Origin: Spirochaetales bacterium
GTDB taxonomy: Bacteria > Spirochaetota > Spirochaetia > Treponematales > UBA12059
Assembly (NCBI GenBank): GCA_016928955.1
Contig: JAFGJV010000059.1
Coordinates: forward strand, 1-56,366
Direction: 5' to 3'
Length of the DNA: 56,366 nucleotides
In this document: positions 30,095 to 39,873 of the stretch, piece by piece
Layout: each line of letters opens with the position of its first letter
Numbering within the stretch: position 1 is the stretch's first letter
Program-made: the position numbers and the translations under genes
The notes under the pieces: model-generated
Database searches by the model: none
What the model was told of the DNA's origin: nothing
The model's input: the letters and a program-made list of their open reading frames with translations, nothing else

Positions 30095-31762
30095 ATGGAC
30101 CTATCCCCCTTGCAGACCGCCCGTTACGCGTACAAACCCAAGCTGCCGGCCGCCCTGTCCGGTCGTCCGGAGGACATACAGGTGGAGCTCGGCCAGCCCA
30201 CGGAAGCCGTTGACGACCGCCAAGCCCTCAAGGCCGTGTTTCCGCTCAGCTACGGCAAACCCCTGGCCTCGCTCAAGCGCGGCTCCCAGCCCGGGATGAA
30301 GCGCACGCTGACCATGGGCGTCATCCTGTCCGGCGGCCAGGCCCCCGGCGGCCACAATGTCATAGCGGGCATCTTTGACGGGCTCAAGGCTGGATCGCCG
30401 GAATCCAGGCTCCTGGGCTTCAAGGGCGGCCCCGGAGGTCTCACGGACAACAAGTTCGTGGAGCTGGACGCGGCCACCATAGACGCGTACCGGAACACCG
30501 GCGGCTTTGACATGATAGGCTCGGGCCGCACCAAGATAGAGACCCCTGAGCAGTTCGCGGCGGCCGCCAGCGTGGCCAAAAGCCACGGTCTGGACGCCCT
30601 GGTGGTGGTCGGTGGGGACGACTCCAATACAAACGCCGCCCTCCTGGCCGAGTACTTCCTCAAGGAGAAGGTGCCCTGTTCGGTGCTGGGCGTGCCCAAG
30701 ACCATAGACGGCGACCTCAAGAACGACCACATAGAGGCCAGCTTCGGCTTTGACACGGCCACCAAGACTTACTCCGAACTCGTCGGCAACATCGAGCGCG
30801 ACGCGGCCAGCGCCCGCAAGTACTGGCACTTCATCAAGCTGATGGGACGCTCGGCCAGCCACATAGCCCTGGAATGCGCCCTGGCCACCGGTCCCAACGT
30901 GGCGCTGATATCCGAGGAAGTTGAAGCCCGCGGCCTGACCCTGGCCCAGCTTTGCGACGAAATCTGCGACTCCATCCGGGCGCGCGCCGCCAAGGGCATG
31001 AACTTTGGCGTGGTGCTTGTGCCCGAAGGCCTGATCGAGTTCATACCCGAGTTCAAGATCCTGATATCCGAGCTCAACGACCTGTTGGCCGCCCATGAGG
31101 CCGAGTTCAAGGCCCTGGCCGACGACGGCGCGCGCGTTGGCTTTGTGGCGTCCGCCCTCAAGGCGTCGTCAGGAACCTTGTACAAGGGCCTTCCGCAGGA
31201 TATACAGCGCCAGCTCATCATGGACCGCGACCCGCACGGCAACGTACAGGTGTCGCGCATAGAAACCGAGAAGCTCCTCATAGCCCTGGTGGAAAAGCGC
31301 CTGGCCGCGCTCAAGGCCCAAGGCTCGTACTCGGGATCGTTCAGCGCGCTGGCCCACTTCTTTGGCTACGAGGGTCGCTGCGCCTTCCCGTCCAACTTTG
31401 ACGCGGATTACTGCTACTCCCTTGGCTACACGGCCTGGGCCCTGGCGGCGGCTGGCCTTACGGGCTACCTGTCCAGCGTGCGCAACCTGGCCAGTCCGGC
31501 GGCGGAGTGGCAGGCCGGCGGCGTGCCGTTGACCATGATGATGAACATGGAGAAGCGCCACGGCAAGGAAAAACCGGTCATTCGCAAGGCCCTGGTCGAG
31601 CTGGACGGCGCGCCCTTCAAGGCCTTTGCCGCCAAACGCGCGGCCTGGGCCGTGGACAGCGCGTACCGCTTCCCGGGCGCCATCCAGTATTACGGTCCCC
31701 CCGAGGTGTGCGACCGCCCCACTGAGACCCTGATCCTGGAATCCGCCGCGAGGGAGCGGTAA
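30095..31762 (+). CDS. pfp: Pyrophosphate-dependent phosphofructokinase (long clade)
   Basis: [33 protein letters not shown]. Confidence 0.96.
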   Translation: MDLSPLQTARYAYKPKLPAALSGRPEDIQVELGQPTEAVDDRQALKAVFPLSYGKPLASLKRGSQPGMKRTLTMGVILSGGQAPGGHNVIAGIFDGLKAGSPESRLLGFKGGPGGLTDNKFVELDAATIDAYRNTGGFDMIGSGRTKIETPEQFAAAASVAKSHGLDALVVVGGDDSNTNAALLAEYFLKEKVPCSVLGVPKTIDGDLKNDHIEASFGFDTATKTYSELVGNIERDAASARKYWHFIKLMGRSASHIALECALATGPNVALISEEVEARGLTLAQLCDEICDSIRARAAKGMNFGVVLVPEGLIEFIPEFKILISELNDLLAAHEAEFKALADDGARVGFVASALKASSGTLYKGLPQDIQRQLIMDRDPHGNVQVSRIETEKLLIALVEKRLAALKAQGSYSGSFSALAHFFGYEGRCAFPSNFDADYCYSLGYTAWALAAAGLTGYLSSVRNLASPAAEWQAGGVPLTMMMNMEKRHGKEKPVIRKALVELDGAPFKAFAAKRAAWAVDSAYRFPGAIQYYGPPEVCDRPTETLILESAARER

Positions 31763-31769
31763 AAGGACC

Positions 31770-32183
31770 ATGAGCGACCAGGAAGGCTCGCGGGGACCCA
31801 TGCTGTTTTACACGCCCCAGGTGATAGACCACTTTACCAATCCGCGCAACGTCGGCGAGCTGGCGCCGGAGGACACCGACGGCTACGCATGCATAGGCGA
31901 CCCGGGCTGCGGCGACGAGATGAAGCTGTGGATCCAGGTGCGTGACGGCCGGATACAGAGGATAGCCTTCAAGTCATACGGGTGCCCGGGCGCCATATCG
32001 ACCAGCAGCATGCTGACCGAGCTGGCCAGCGGCCTGAGCGTGGAGGCTGCGTCCAGGATCACGGACGACGACGTGGTCAACGCCCTTGGCGGCATCCCGG
32101 AAAACAAAAAGCACTGCTCCCTGCTCGGGGTACAGGCCCTTCAGGCGGCGCTCGCGTCGTACCACGACAAGCGGCAGGAATAA
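31770..32183 (+). CDS. iscU: IscU/NifU-type Fe-S scaffold protein
   Basis: DHFTNPRNVG, GCGD, YGC, KKHCS. Confidence 0.9.
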   Translation: MSDQEGSRGPMLFYTPQVIDHFTNPRNVGELAPEDTDGYACIGDPGCGDEMKLWIQVRDGRIQRIAFKSYGCPGAISTSSMLTELASGLSVEAASRITDDDVVNALGGIPENKKHCSLLGVQALQAALASYHDKRQE

Positions 32184-32227
32184 AAAAACCGCCCTGGGCA
32201 AAACCTATCACGGTTTCCCGGGGCGGT
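32182..32227 (-). terminator. Intrinsic terminator
   Basis: ACCGCCC…GGGCGGT stem followed by T7 on the minus strand. Confidence 0.65.
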
Positions 32228-32288
32228 AGCGCCGCGGGCGGGCGCCTGAGGGGCCCGCCCGTCCATCATTCAATCTACCAAGGCTTGA

Positions 32289-33986
32289 TTATTTCTCCCT
32301 GGGATACGGCCAGGCCATGATGCCGCCTTCCATGACCCTGACGTTCTTCCAGCCATTGCCCTCTAGCACCAGGGCCGCCTCGTAACCGCGCAGGGATATC
32401 TTGCAGAAGCAGATGATCTCCTGGTTCTTGTCGGCGGGCAACTCGTTCAGGCGCTTGCGCAGGGCTCCCAGAGGTATGAGGGTTTCGCCTATGCCCAGGC
32501 GCATGGCCTCGAACTCGTCCGGCCCGCGGGCGTCCAGGATGAACGGTTTCTCCCCCGCGTCCAGCTTCTTTTTCACGTCCACCACGGATATGCCCTTCAT
32601 GCGGTCCTTGATCTTATTCTGCATGATGTGGGCCGCGGCTATGGCATGGTCTATGGCCAGGGAGAACGGGGGCGCGTAGGGAAGGTCCGCGTTGACCATG
32701 TCGTCCACGGTCAGCCCGCCCTGTATGGCCAGGGCCCACTGCGCAACCTGCTTGGCCACGTTGCCAGGGCCAACCACCTGGGCGCCCAGGATCTTGCCGG
32801 TCTTCTTGTTGGCCACCAGCTTGGTCACGACCACCTTGCCGCCCATGAAGCCGGGCTTGTCCGGGCTGGCGTTCACGGCGGTGATCACGTCGGTAAAGCC
32901 GTTTTTGAGGGCGTTGCCTTCAGACAGGCCCGTTGCGCCTGCGGAGTACTCGAACACTTTGCATATACCGGACTGGACGGTGCCGGGGAAGGTGGCCACG
33001 TCTCCCATGATGACGTTCTCGCCGGCCACGCGGCCTTCCAGGTTGGCCAGGTCGCCATAGGGGGCAAGCACCTTCTTGCCGGTCAGGCGGTGCTGGATTT
33101 CCACGCAGTCGCCCACGGCGTATATGTCCTTGTCGCTGGTCCGCATGTGGTTGTCCACCTCGATGCCGCCGAGCGCGCCTATGGTCAGGCCCGCATCCTT
33201 GGCCAGCTTGACGTTGGGGATAACGCCTATGGACACCACGGCCAGCTCGCACTCGAGCTCGGTGCCGTTCTTCAGCTTGACGCCCGTGATGTGCCCGTCC
33301 TTGCCCAGGAATTCCGCCACGCCGTTGTTGACGATCACATTGGCGCCCTTGGACCTGGCATGGTTCTCAACCAGCTTGGCCATTTCCCAGTCCAGGAAAG
33401 TCAGGATCTGGGGCAGCATCTCGACGATGGTCACCTCTATGCCGGCCTCATGCAGGGCCTCGGCGGTCTCAATACCGATGAGGCCGCCGCCCACCACCAC
33501 GGCCTTCTTGACCGAGCGCTGGTCGCGCACGCCGCGGAGGAAATCGGCGTCGGACATGGACTGCAGGGTGCTGATGCCTTTGAGGTCGATGCCGGGAATA
33601 GGGGGCATGCGGGGAACCGCGCCGGTGGCTATGATCAGCTTGTCGTACGGCAGGGAGCCGGTCTCGCCATTGTCCAGCTTTTTGAAGGCCACGGTTTTCT
33701 TGGCGCGGTCTATGGCCGTCACTTCGGTGCTGGTACGCGCGTCTATGGATTTGGCGTTCAGGTAGTACTTGGAGTCGCGCACCACGCCGGTGGCCGTGCA
33801 AATCAGCTGGTTGCGGTCGTCAAAAGTGCCGCCCACGTAGTAGGGGTAGCCGCAGGACGCCATGGACAGGTCGGCGCCTTTCTGGAGCAGTATGATGTCG
33901 GCGTGCTCGTCCAGGCGCCTGGCCTTGGCCGCAGCCTTGGGGCCGGCGGCTGATCCGCCGATGATGATGATTCGTTTTCTATCCAT
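32289..33986 (-). CDS. FAD-dependent CoA-disulfide/persulfide reductase with C-terminal rhodanese domain
   Basis: GGSAAG, ASCGYPY redox Cys, GGGLIG, YAVGD, YAPPFS, rhodanese motif CKISLRG. Confidence 0.9.
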   Translation of the reverse strand: MDRKRIIIIGGSAAGPKAAAKARRLDEHADIILLQKGADLSMASCGYPYYVGGTFDDRNQLICTATGVVRDSKYYLNAKSIDARTSTEVTAIDRAKKTVAFKKLDNGETGSLPYDKLIIATGAVPRMPPIPGIDLKGISTLQSMSDADFLRGVRDQRSVKKAVVVGGGLIGIETAEALHEAGIEVTIVEMLPQILTFLDWEMAKLVENHARSKGANVIVNNGVAEFLGKDGHITGVKLKNGTELECELAVVSIGVIPNVKLAKDAGLTIGALGGIEVDNHMRTSDKDIYAVGDCVEIQHRLTGKKVLAPYGDLANLEGRVAGENVIMGDVATFPGTVQSGICKVFEYSAGATGLSEGNALKNGFTDVITAVNASPDKPGFMGGKVVVTKLVANKKTGKILGAQVVGPGNVAKQVAQWALAIQGGLTVDDMVNADLPYAPPFSLAIDHAIAAAHIMQNKIKDRMKGISVVDVKKKLDAGEKPFILDARGPDEFEAMRLGIGETLIPLGALRKRLNELPADKNQEIICFCKISLRGYEAALVLEGNGWKNVRVMEGGIMAWPYPREK

Positions 33987-34187
33987 GAAGGTGCCTCCCT
34001 ATACACGCGGGCCTTGCTGGCGTGCGTGTCAAATCGATGATTAGACAGTTATTGGCATTTGCCAATTTACGCCCCTAGGTATACGCCATGAGCCATTCAT
34101 GTCAAGTTTTTTTTATATAGTATTTTGTATAGGTAATTTTTTCCATATTTAACCGAACGCTATGAAGCACGCCAAAAACGCGCGCGC

Positions 34188-34222
34188 AAAAAAAGCCCCC
34201 GGCGCTTGAAGGCCGGGGGCTT
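34188..34222 (-). terminator. Intrinsic terminator
   Basis: AAGCCCCCGGC…GCCGGGGGCTT followed by a T-run on the minus strand. Confidence 0.8.
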
Positions 34223-34243
34223 GAGTCCACTGAGGGCGGCCGT

Positions 34244-36532
34244 CTATTTGCCGATCTTGGCAGGGTCGATTTTGAGAAGCCGCCCGGCGCCGGTACCGAC
34301 ATAGATGAAGCCGTCGGCGAACAAGGGCCGAGCGCTGATTTTGCCTCCCAGCGGCACCGTGCCGATTAGCTCGAAGGGCTGTACCCTGGCCGCCACCAAC
34401 GAACCGTCGGCTGTGCCGTAATACAAGACGCCCTTGGTGAGCAGAGGAGGCGCCGTGACGCCGCTTATGGGTTCCATGATCTGGTCGCCGTCCAGGGTGT
34501 AGCCAAAGACGGTCTGTTTGCCGTAGGCAAAGACGCCTTCCGGCCCCATTTCTAGGTCGGAGAACACGCCGCTTGAATCTGGCAGGGGGCGCTCCCAGGC
34601 CACGCTCATGGTCGCAAGGTCAACCATCACGAGGAGGCCCTTGCGGTCGGCAAAGGCGGCTTTGGTGCCCAGTATGCGCGGGGCCAGGGCCACGGGCTGG
34701 CGGGCGCCGGTCTGGACCTGGGCGCTTACCTCGCCGCTCTCCAGATCGATCAGCATGAACACGCCCTTCTGATTAACGATGGCTGCCATGCCCTCGTAGT
34801 TGGCGGGCGTCATGGTAGTGCCGCCAGGCACCGGAATGGAACGGACCACCTGGCCGGTCTTCTCGTCCAGGACGTCCAGGCTCGTCATGGTGGGATACAC
34901 AACGGCGTTGGGGAAGGGCACCACCCGGTTGCCGAGCACGTGGGAACGGGCGCCGTCCAGAGGCACGCGGAACAGGACCTTGCCCCTGGCCGCGTCTATG
35001 GCCAGGAATTCGTTGGAACCGGAATAGTAGACAATATCCTTGAAGGGCACGGCCGACGCCAGCTCCGCGCCGCGGTTGGCCGTCTCAACGGTCCACAGCA
35101 CCTTGCCGCCGGGCCCCACGCCGCTGATCACGCCTTTGGGATCCGACAGCACAAAGATGTTCGCCGCCTGCGCCTTGACCACGCCGCCCGCGACCGCGCC
35201 GCGGAACACCTGCCAAGCGCTGACTACCTGGGTGGCCTTGGCCGGCGCGGGGGCCGCCGGTTTGGGCGTTACCGCCGGTTTCGGCGTGACCACCGGCTTG
35301 GGTTGGACGGCCGGCGCTGCAGGCTGGGCTGCGGTTGCGGGCTGGGTTTCTACGTCGCCGGGCTGTCCCGGCTGGACCATGGCCACGGGTTTGGCCGCGG
35401 ACGGTTCCTTGATCTGGTCTATAAGTTTGAAGGCGTCCCGGGCGGGAGCGTCTTTCTGTATCTTGACGGGAACCGGGGGCTTGAGCTGGGTATCGGCTTG
35501 CGCGCTCATGCGGTCAAGGATCCTGGCCACAGAGTCAACGGCCTGGTCCACGGGCCTTCCGGCCTGGGCGGCAGCGGGGGCCGGCCTTGGGGCACCGGGA
35601 GCGGCCTCTTCCATACGCGCCGCCAGGGCGGCCGGCACCACGGATGTGGTGAACACGCGGTCGCCAGCCGTGATCAGTGCGCGTTTCTGCCTGAGGGCCG
35701 GAGGTGGCCCCTGTTCTGCCTGAGCCCCTTCCTGTCCGGCGGCCAGCGCCGCCTCGGCCTCGGCAGCGTCCACCAGTACCTGGACCGTTTCCGCAGGAAT
35801 GGCCGCCACTTCCTTGGCCAGCTCGCTGTATACCAGGGCGGCCTGGGCCGCGTCGTCTTCGTCCACGGTCAGTTCCTGGTCGGCTTCCACAATGACGGCG
35901 CCGGACACTATGCTCTGCACGGCGGCGGCCGCCACGGGATTGGTCTCTGCCTGGTCCAGCAGGTCGTACACGTCCTGGCTGACCGGCAGCATTGCCACCT
36001 TGCCTTCCTTGACGGCAACCGTGGTGCCTTTGACCGAATCGGTGCTGATCACGAATTCCGTGCCGCGCACGCCGGCCACGCTGGTTTCCGTGCGTATCAT
36101 GTAGGAATCGTTGCCGGCCAGCTTGCTGACCTTGTTGAGTATGGTGCCTATGGCCAGGCTGCCGTCCACCTGCGAGGAGGTATCGGACAGGGCCAGGGTA
36201 TTGATCATAAACAAGGTTGACGGCTGGACGCGGACGGCCGCGCTGCCGCCGAACTGCACCTCGCACACGCCGTCCGGGCCGGTGCGTATGCTGTCGTCGG
36301 CCTCAACGCTGTCGCCTATCTCTAGGGTGGCCCACGACCCCTCACGCCCGCGCTCCACAAAGCCCTCAACGTACACGCAGGTGGCGCTGAAGGTGGTGGA
36401 TGGCAGAACAGTTTCCGCGGTGTCCGCGGCCTGGCCCGCCCGCCCGGTCGGCTCCGTCTCCGGGACTCTATCCGAGCACGCCACGGCGAGCAGCAGGACA
36501 AAAACCAGCCCTAAGGCGGCATAGCGTTTCAT
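34244..36532 (-). CDS. Lipoprotein: FecR-like domain, Pro/Ala linker, PQQ-like beta-propeller
   Basis: Lipobox AVA-C, IRTG…AGVRGTEF…VKEG, propeller repeats (GKVLW, LYYGT.DG). Confidence 0.8.
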   Translation of the reverse strand: MKRYAALGLVFVLLLAVACSDRVPETEPTGRAGQAADTAETVLPSTTFSATCVYVEGFVERGREGSWATLEIGDSVEADDSIRTGPDGVCEVQFGGSAAVRVQPSTLFMINTLALSDTSSQVDGSLAIGTILNKVSKLAGNDSYMIRTETSVAGVRGTEFVISTDSVKGTTVAVKEGKVAMLPVSQDVYDLLDQAETNPVAAAAVQSIVSGAVIVEADQELTVDEDDAAQAALVYSELAKEVAAIPAETVQVLVDAAEAEAALAAGQEGAQAEQGPPPALRQKRALITAGDRVFTTSVVPAALAARMEEAAPGAPRPAPAAAQAGRPVDQAVDSVARILDRMSAQADTQLKPPVPVKIQKDAPARDAFKLIDQIKEPSAAKPVAMVQPGQPGDVETQPATAAQPAAPAVQPKPVVTPKPAVTPKPAAPAPAKATQVVSAWQVFRGAVAGGVVKAQAANIFVLSDPKGVISGVGPGGKVLWTVETANRGAELASAVPFKDIVYYSGSNEFLAIDAARGKVLFRVPLDGARSHVLGNRVVPFPNAVVYPTMTSLDVLDEKTGQVVRSIPVPGGTTMTPANYEGMAAIVNQKGVFMLIDLESGEVSAQVQTGARQPVALAPRILGTKAAFADRKGLLVMVDLATMSVAWERPLPDSSGVFSDLEMGPEGVFAYGKQTVFGYTLDGDQIMEPISGVTAPPLLTKGVLYYGTADGSLVAARVQPFELIGTVPLGGKISARPLFADGFIYVGTGAGRLLKIDPAKIGK

Positions 36533-36608
36533 GGTACCCCCATTCGGAGCCTAAGCCCCCGCGTACTAGATTATACGGCGTTCACAATCGCGTATCAACC
36601 AAGCCCGC

Positions 36609-36637
36609 TTGCGAAAAGCTCGGTCGCCGGATACTAT
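36609..36637 (+). promoter_or_regulatory. Putative promoter for a leaderless transcript
   Basis: TTGCGA-N17-TACTAT ending 6 nt before ATG 36644. Confidence 0.55.
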
Positions 36638-36643
36638 GGAACG

Positions 36644-39100
36644 ATGTTGCGTTTCTTGCGGACGTTTTTCGGCAAAAAGTCACCTCAAAACCCCGGCCCC
36701 CGGCCAGAGGAATTATGGACAGCCGACCTCCGCGGCAAAGAAGACTGCCGTTTCAGCCTTGAGGACCAGGGAACGTATGCGGCCAGGCTGGAGCACGGCC
36801 GCCTGGAACTTGAGCTCCGAAGGGGCAATCTCTTTGCCTGGACGGAGGCCGCGGCCCGGGAATACGCCGACGCGGTCATAGAGGCCGAGATCGAGCCCGC
36901 ACCCGGCGGCTCGGCGGGGTTCCTGTTCCGCATGAGCGACGACTCCACCTTCATGTACGCGCTGGTGTCGTCATCCGGCGCGGTCAGGCTGGATGCCGTG
37001 TTCAACGGCGAGCCCCGCCCCGTGGTGCCGTGGACCGATTGCCCCTGGGCCGCAGGAGCGTCGTCCATGCTCATGACCCTGGTCATGCGCGGCCGCCGCT
37101 ATCTGATGCTCCTGAACGGCCGTTGGGCCCTTGAGGCCGACGACGACACGGTCGAGGCCGGCCGCCTGGCCTTTGCCGCCCAGGCCTATGACGGCCCCGG
37201 CGGCCTGGCGCGGCTGTCCTCCCTGCGGGTAGAATCCCGCCCCGTCGAGGTGGAGGTGGAGTATACCCGCTACGCCCGCGTGCTTGTGCCCGACCCAGAC
37301 CAGCGCCGCCGGGTCGCCGAGTCCTTGTTCGGCTCGGGCTCGTACACGGCGGCCCTGGTGCATATCCGGAAGCTCGGTGACCGGGCCGTGGCATCGGACC
37401 GTTTCCTTGAGGCCGAATGCCTTCTCAGGCTGGGCCTGACCGCGGATGCCAAGACGGCCCTGGATGCATGCCTGGCCATGGAACCCGGGCACCGGGAAGC
37501 CATGGAGGAAAACTACAACGTCCTGTACCTTGAAGGCGACTATACCGCCCTCAGGGACGGCCTTCTTTCCGACCAGGCCAGGCTGGATGCCAGCCCCCGC
37601 CTCCTCAACCTCCTGGGCCACGCCCACTACAATCTGGCCGCCTGGACCGACGCCGCCCTGGCCTACGGCAGGGCCGCCGACCTGGATCCGGCCATGCCCC
37701 TGTACCGGCGCAACCAGGCGACAGCCCTGGAGAAGGCCGGACGCCCACAAGACGCAGCCGGTGCCTGGCTGGACGCGGCCCACGCGTTCTACGACCAGGC
37801 CGCCTGGGACGACGCGGAAGCCGCTTCCGCCAGGCTCAGGGACCTCCGCTTCGACGAGGCCGCCCTGGACTCGTTCGACGGGCGGGTGGCCTGGGCGCGC
37901 GGCGACCTGGCGGAAGCCGAACGCCGGTTTTCCAAGCTCAAAAAGCGCTCGGCCCTGGACGCGCCTGGCGCCTACATATACGGCCTCATGAGACTGAAGG
38001 CGGGGAGGCGCGCCGATGCCCTGGACCTGTTCCGCCAGGCTGCCGCCCTTGAGCCGTCAGAGGCCCTGTACCAGTTCCGCGTGGCCGAAAGCCTGTACCT
38101 GGAGGGCCTGTCCGGCCAACCGGACTTTGCCCAGGCCCTGGATAGCGCCCTCAGCCTGGCTCCGGACGACGGCTGGAGCCTCAACCTGGCCGGCCAGGTC
38201 AAGCTGGACGGCGGGTCAGCGGCCGAGGCGGAGGCCCTCTTCCGCAGGGCGGCGGCCGTCCTGCCTGACGATGTGGAGCCAAAGGTCAACCTGTCGGAGG
38301 CCCTGTCCAGGCTCGGCCGCCTGGAAGAGGCCCTGTCGGTGCTTGACGGCCTTGAGGCGGGCAAACCCGCTGTGCTTAACCAGCGCGGCAACGTGCTGGC
38401 TACGGCGGGCAGGCTGGAAGACGCCGCGCTCGCGTATGAGCAAGCCGTGGCCCTGGCCGGCGCCTCGCCGCGCCTGACCGAGCCCGCCCTGCCCGACTAC
38501 CTGACCAACCTGGCGTCCGCGTACATGGAGCTGGGCAGGTGGACGGACGCGGAGGACGCCCTCAGGCGCTCGCTTGGCATCAGGGAGGACGCCCGCGCCA
38601 TCATGCTGATGGGCGACGTGGCCGAGGTCCTGGGCGACCTGGTGAGGGCCGAGACGGCCTACCGGGCCATTCTCCAAGACGACCCGGACAACAGCCAGGC
38701 CCTTCGTCGCCTGGCCAGGCACTACCTGGGGCGGGCACGCTGGGCCGACGCGGAAAAGACGGCCGGACGCCTTGAGCCCCTGGATCCCGACGAGGCCGCC
38801 CGCGTCATGGACGCCGTGCGCGATGCCACCACGGAGCGCCTGTCCTGCGCGTCCTGCGGCAGGGTATGGACCTGCCCCAAGCCCGTGCCCCGGACGCCCG
38901 CGTCGTCGCTGCGGGGAGAACTGCCGCCGGACGCCCCTGCGGGGTCCTGCCCTGCCTGCGGCGCCGTGTACTGCGTGGCCTGCCGCCTGCCCTATCTTGA
39001 GGACGGGCGCTTTACCTGTCCCGAATGCGGCCAGCGCCTCAACCTGAACGACGAGCGCGTGCGCTGGCTGGCCAGGAAAAGCGCGGAGGGCCGGCAATGA
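36644..39100 (+). CDS. TPR-repeat protein with an N-terminal beta-rich domain and a C-terminal Cys-rich zinc-binding domain
   Basis: Many TPR-like repeats and four CxxC pairs at the C-terminus. Confidence 0.8.
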   Translation: MLRFLRTFFGKKSPQNPGPRPEELWTADLRGKEDCRFSLEDQGTYAARLEHGRLELELRRGNLFAWTEAAAREYADAVIEAEIEPAPGGSAGFLFRMSDDSTFMYALVSSSGAVRLDAVFNGEPRPVVPWTDCPWAAGASSMLMTLVMRGRRYLMLLNGRWALEADDDTVEAGRLAFAAQAYDGPGGLARLSSLRVESRPVEVEVEYTRYARVLVPDPDQRRRVAESLFGSGSYTAALVHIRKLGDRAVASDRFLEAECLLRLGLTADAKTALDACLAMEPGHREAMEENYNVLYLEGDYTALRDGLLSDQARLDASPRLLNLLGHAHYNLAAWTDAALAYGRAADLDPAMPLYRRNQATALEKAGRPQDAAGAWLDAAHAFYDQAAWDDAEAASARLRDLRFDEAALDSFDGRVAWARGDLAEAERRFSKLKKRSALDAPGAYIYGLMRLKAGRRADALDLFRQAAALEPSEALYQFRVAESLYLEGLSGQPDFAQALDSALSLAPDDGWSLNLAGQVKLDGGSAAEAEALFRRAAAVLPDDVEPKVNLSEALSRLGRLEEALSVLDGLEAGKPAVLNQRGNVLATAGRLEDAALAYEQAVALAGASPRLTEPALPDYLTNLASAYMELGRWTDAEDALRRSLGIREDARAIMLMGDVAEVLGDLVRAETAYRAILQDDPDNSQALRRLARHYLGRARWADAEKTAGRLEPLDPDEAARVMDAVRDATTERLSCASCGRVWTCPKPVPRTPASSLRGELPPDAPAGSCPACGAVYCVACRLPYLEDGRFTCPECGQRLNLNDERVRWLARKSAEGRQ

Positions 39101-39188
39101 GGCCCGCGCATTTCCTTTTATCATATTGCCATTTTCCCGTCCAACGGGTACTATTGCTCGATTCTCCCTTAATGGTAGGTACACGCCC

Positions 39189-39854
39189 ATGAAATTCAGA
39201 TATGCCCTCCTGGCCGCCCTGCTCGCGTCGGCCGCTTACGCCCAGGACATCCTGACGGCCGACCAGTTCTTCCGCTCTGTGTCTGAAACCTACGCGGGCA
39301 TCAAGGACTACGAAGCGGCCATCACCGTGCGCACGTCCAAGCAGTCCATGAGCGGCACGGTGTCGTACCTGGCGCCATCCCTCATGCGCGTGGACTTTAC
39401 CCAGCCGGCCGGCCAGGTGATCGTGTACAACGGCGAGACCATGGTGGTGTACGTGCCGGAACTCCGCGTGGTGCTCAACCAGCAGACCTCCGCCACCTCG
39501 GGCTCGGCGGCGGCCACCGGGAACGGACTCCGCATGCTCGGCAGCAACTACAAAATCAGCTTCCTGGTTGGCCCCGAGCCCGTGCCCCTGTCGGAGACGG
39601 AATCCGAGAGCGTGATCAAGCTCCTGCTTACCCGCAACAGCGTGGCCGAGGGCTTTAGGACCATCACCCTTTCCATCAACCCAAAGACGCTCCTGATACG
39701 CCGCTTGGAAGGCGTGACCATGACGGGCGAGACCCTGTCCTACGACTTTTCCAACATTCGGCTCAATCAGGGCATACCGGCGGCCCGCTTCCTGTACGAC
39801 ACGCCGCCGTCTGCCAACGTGTACAACAATTTCCTGTTCAGCTCAGACAACTAG
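39189..39854 (+). CDS. lolA: Outer-membrane lipoprotein carrier LolA family
   Basis: Signal peptide, P..MRVDFTQP.GQVIVYNGE…YVP, terminal F…P motif. Confidence 0.8.
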   Translation: MKFRYALLAALLASAAYAQDILTADQFFRSVSETYAGIKDYEAAITVRTSKQSMSGTVSYLAPSLMRVDFTQPAGQVIVYNGETMVVYVPELRVVLNQQTSATSGSAAATGNGLRMLGSNYKISFLVGPEPVPLSETESESVIKLLLTRNSVAEGFRTITLSINPKTLLIRRLEGVTMTGETLSYDFSNIRLNQGIPAARFLYDTPPSANVYNNFLFSSDN

Positions 39855-39873
39855 CAGGATGAGGTAGGATCAC

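Noticed and set aside
35240..35320. PKPA-type short tandem repeats in the FecR/propeller gene
   Set aside because: This is an ordinary Pro/Ala linker, not a CRISPR array or contingency repeat.
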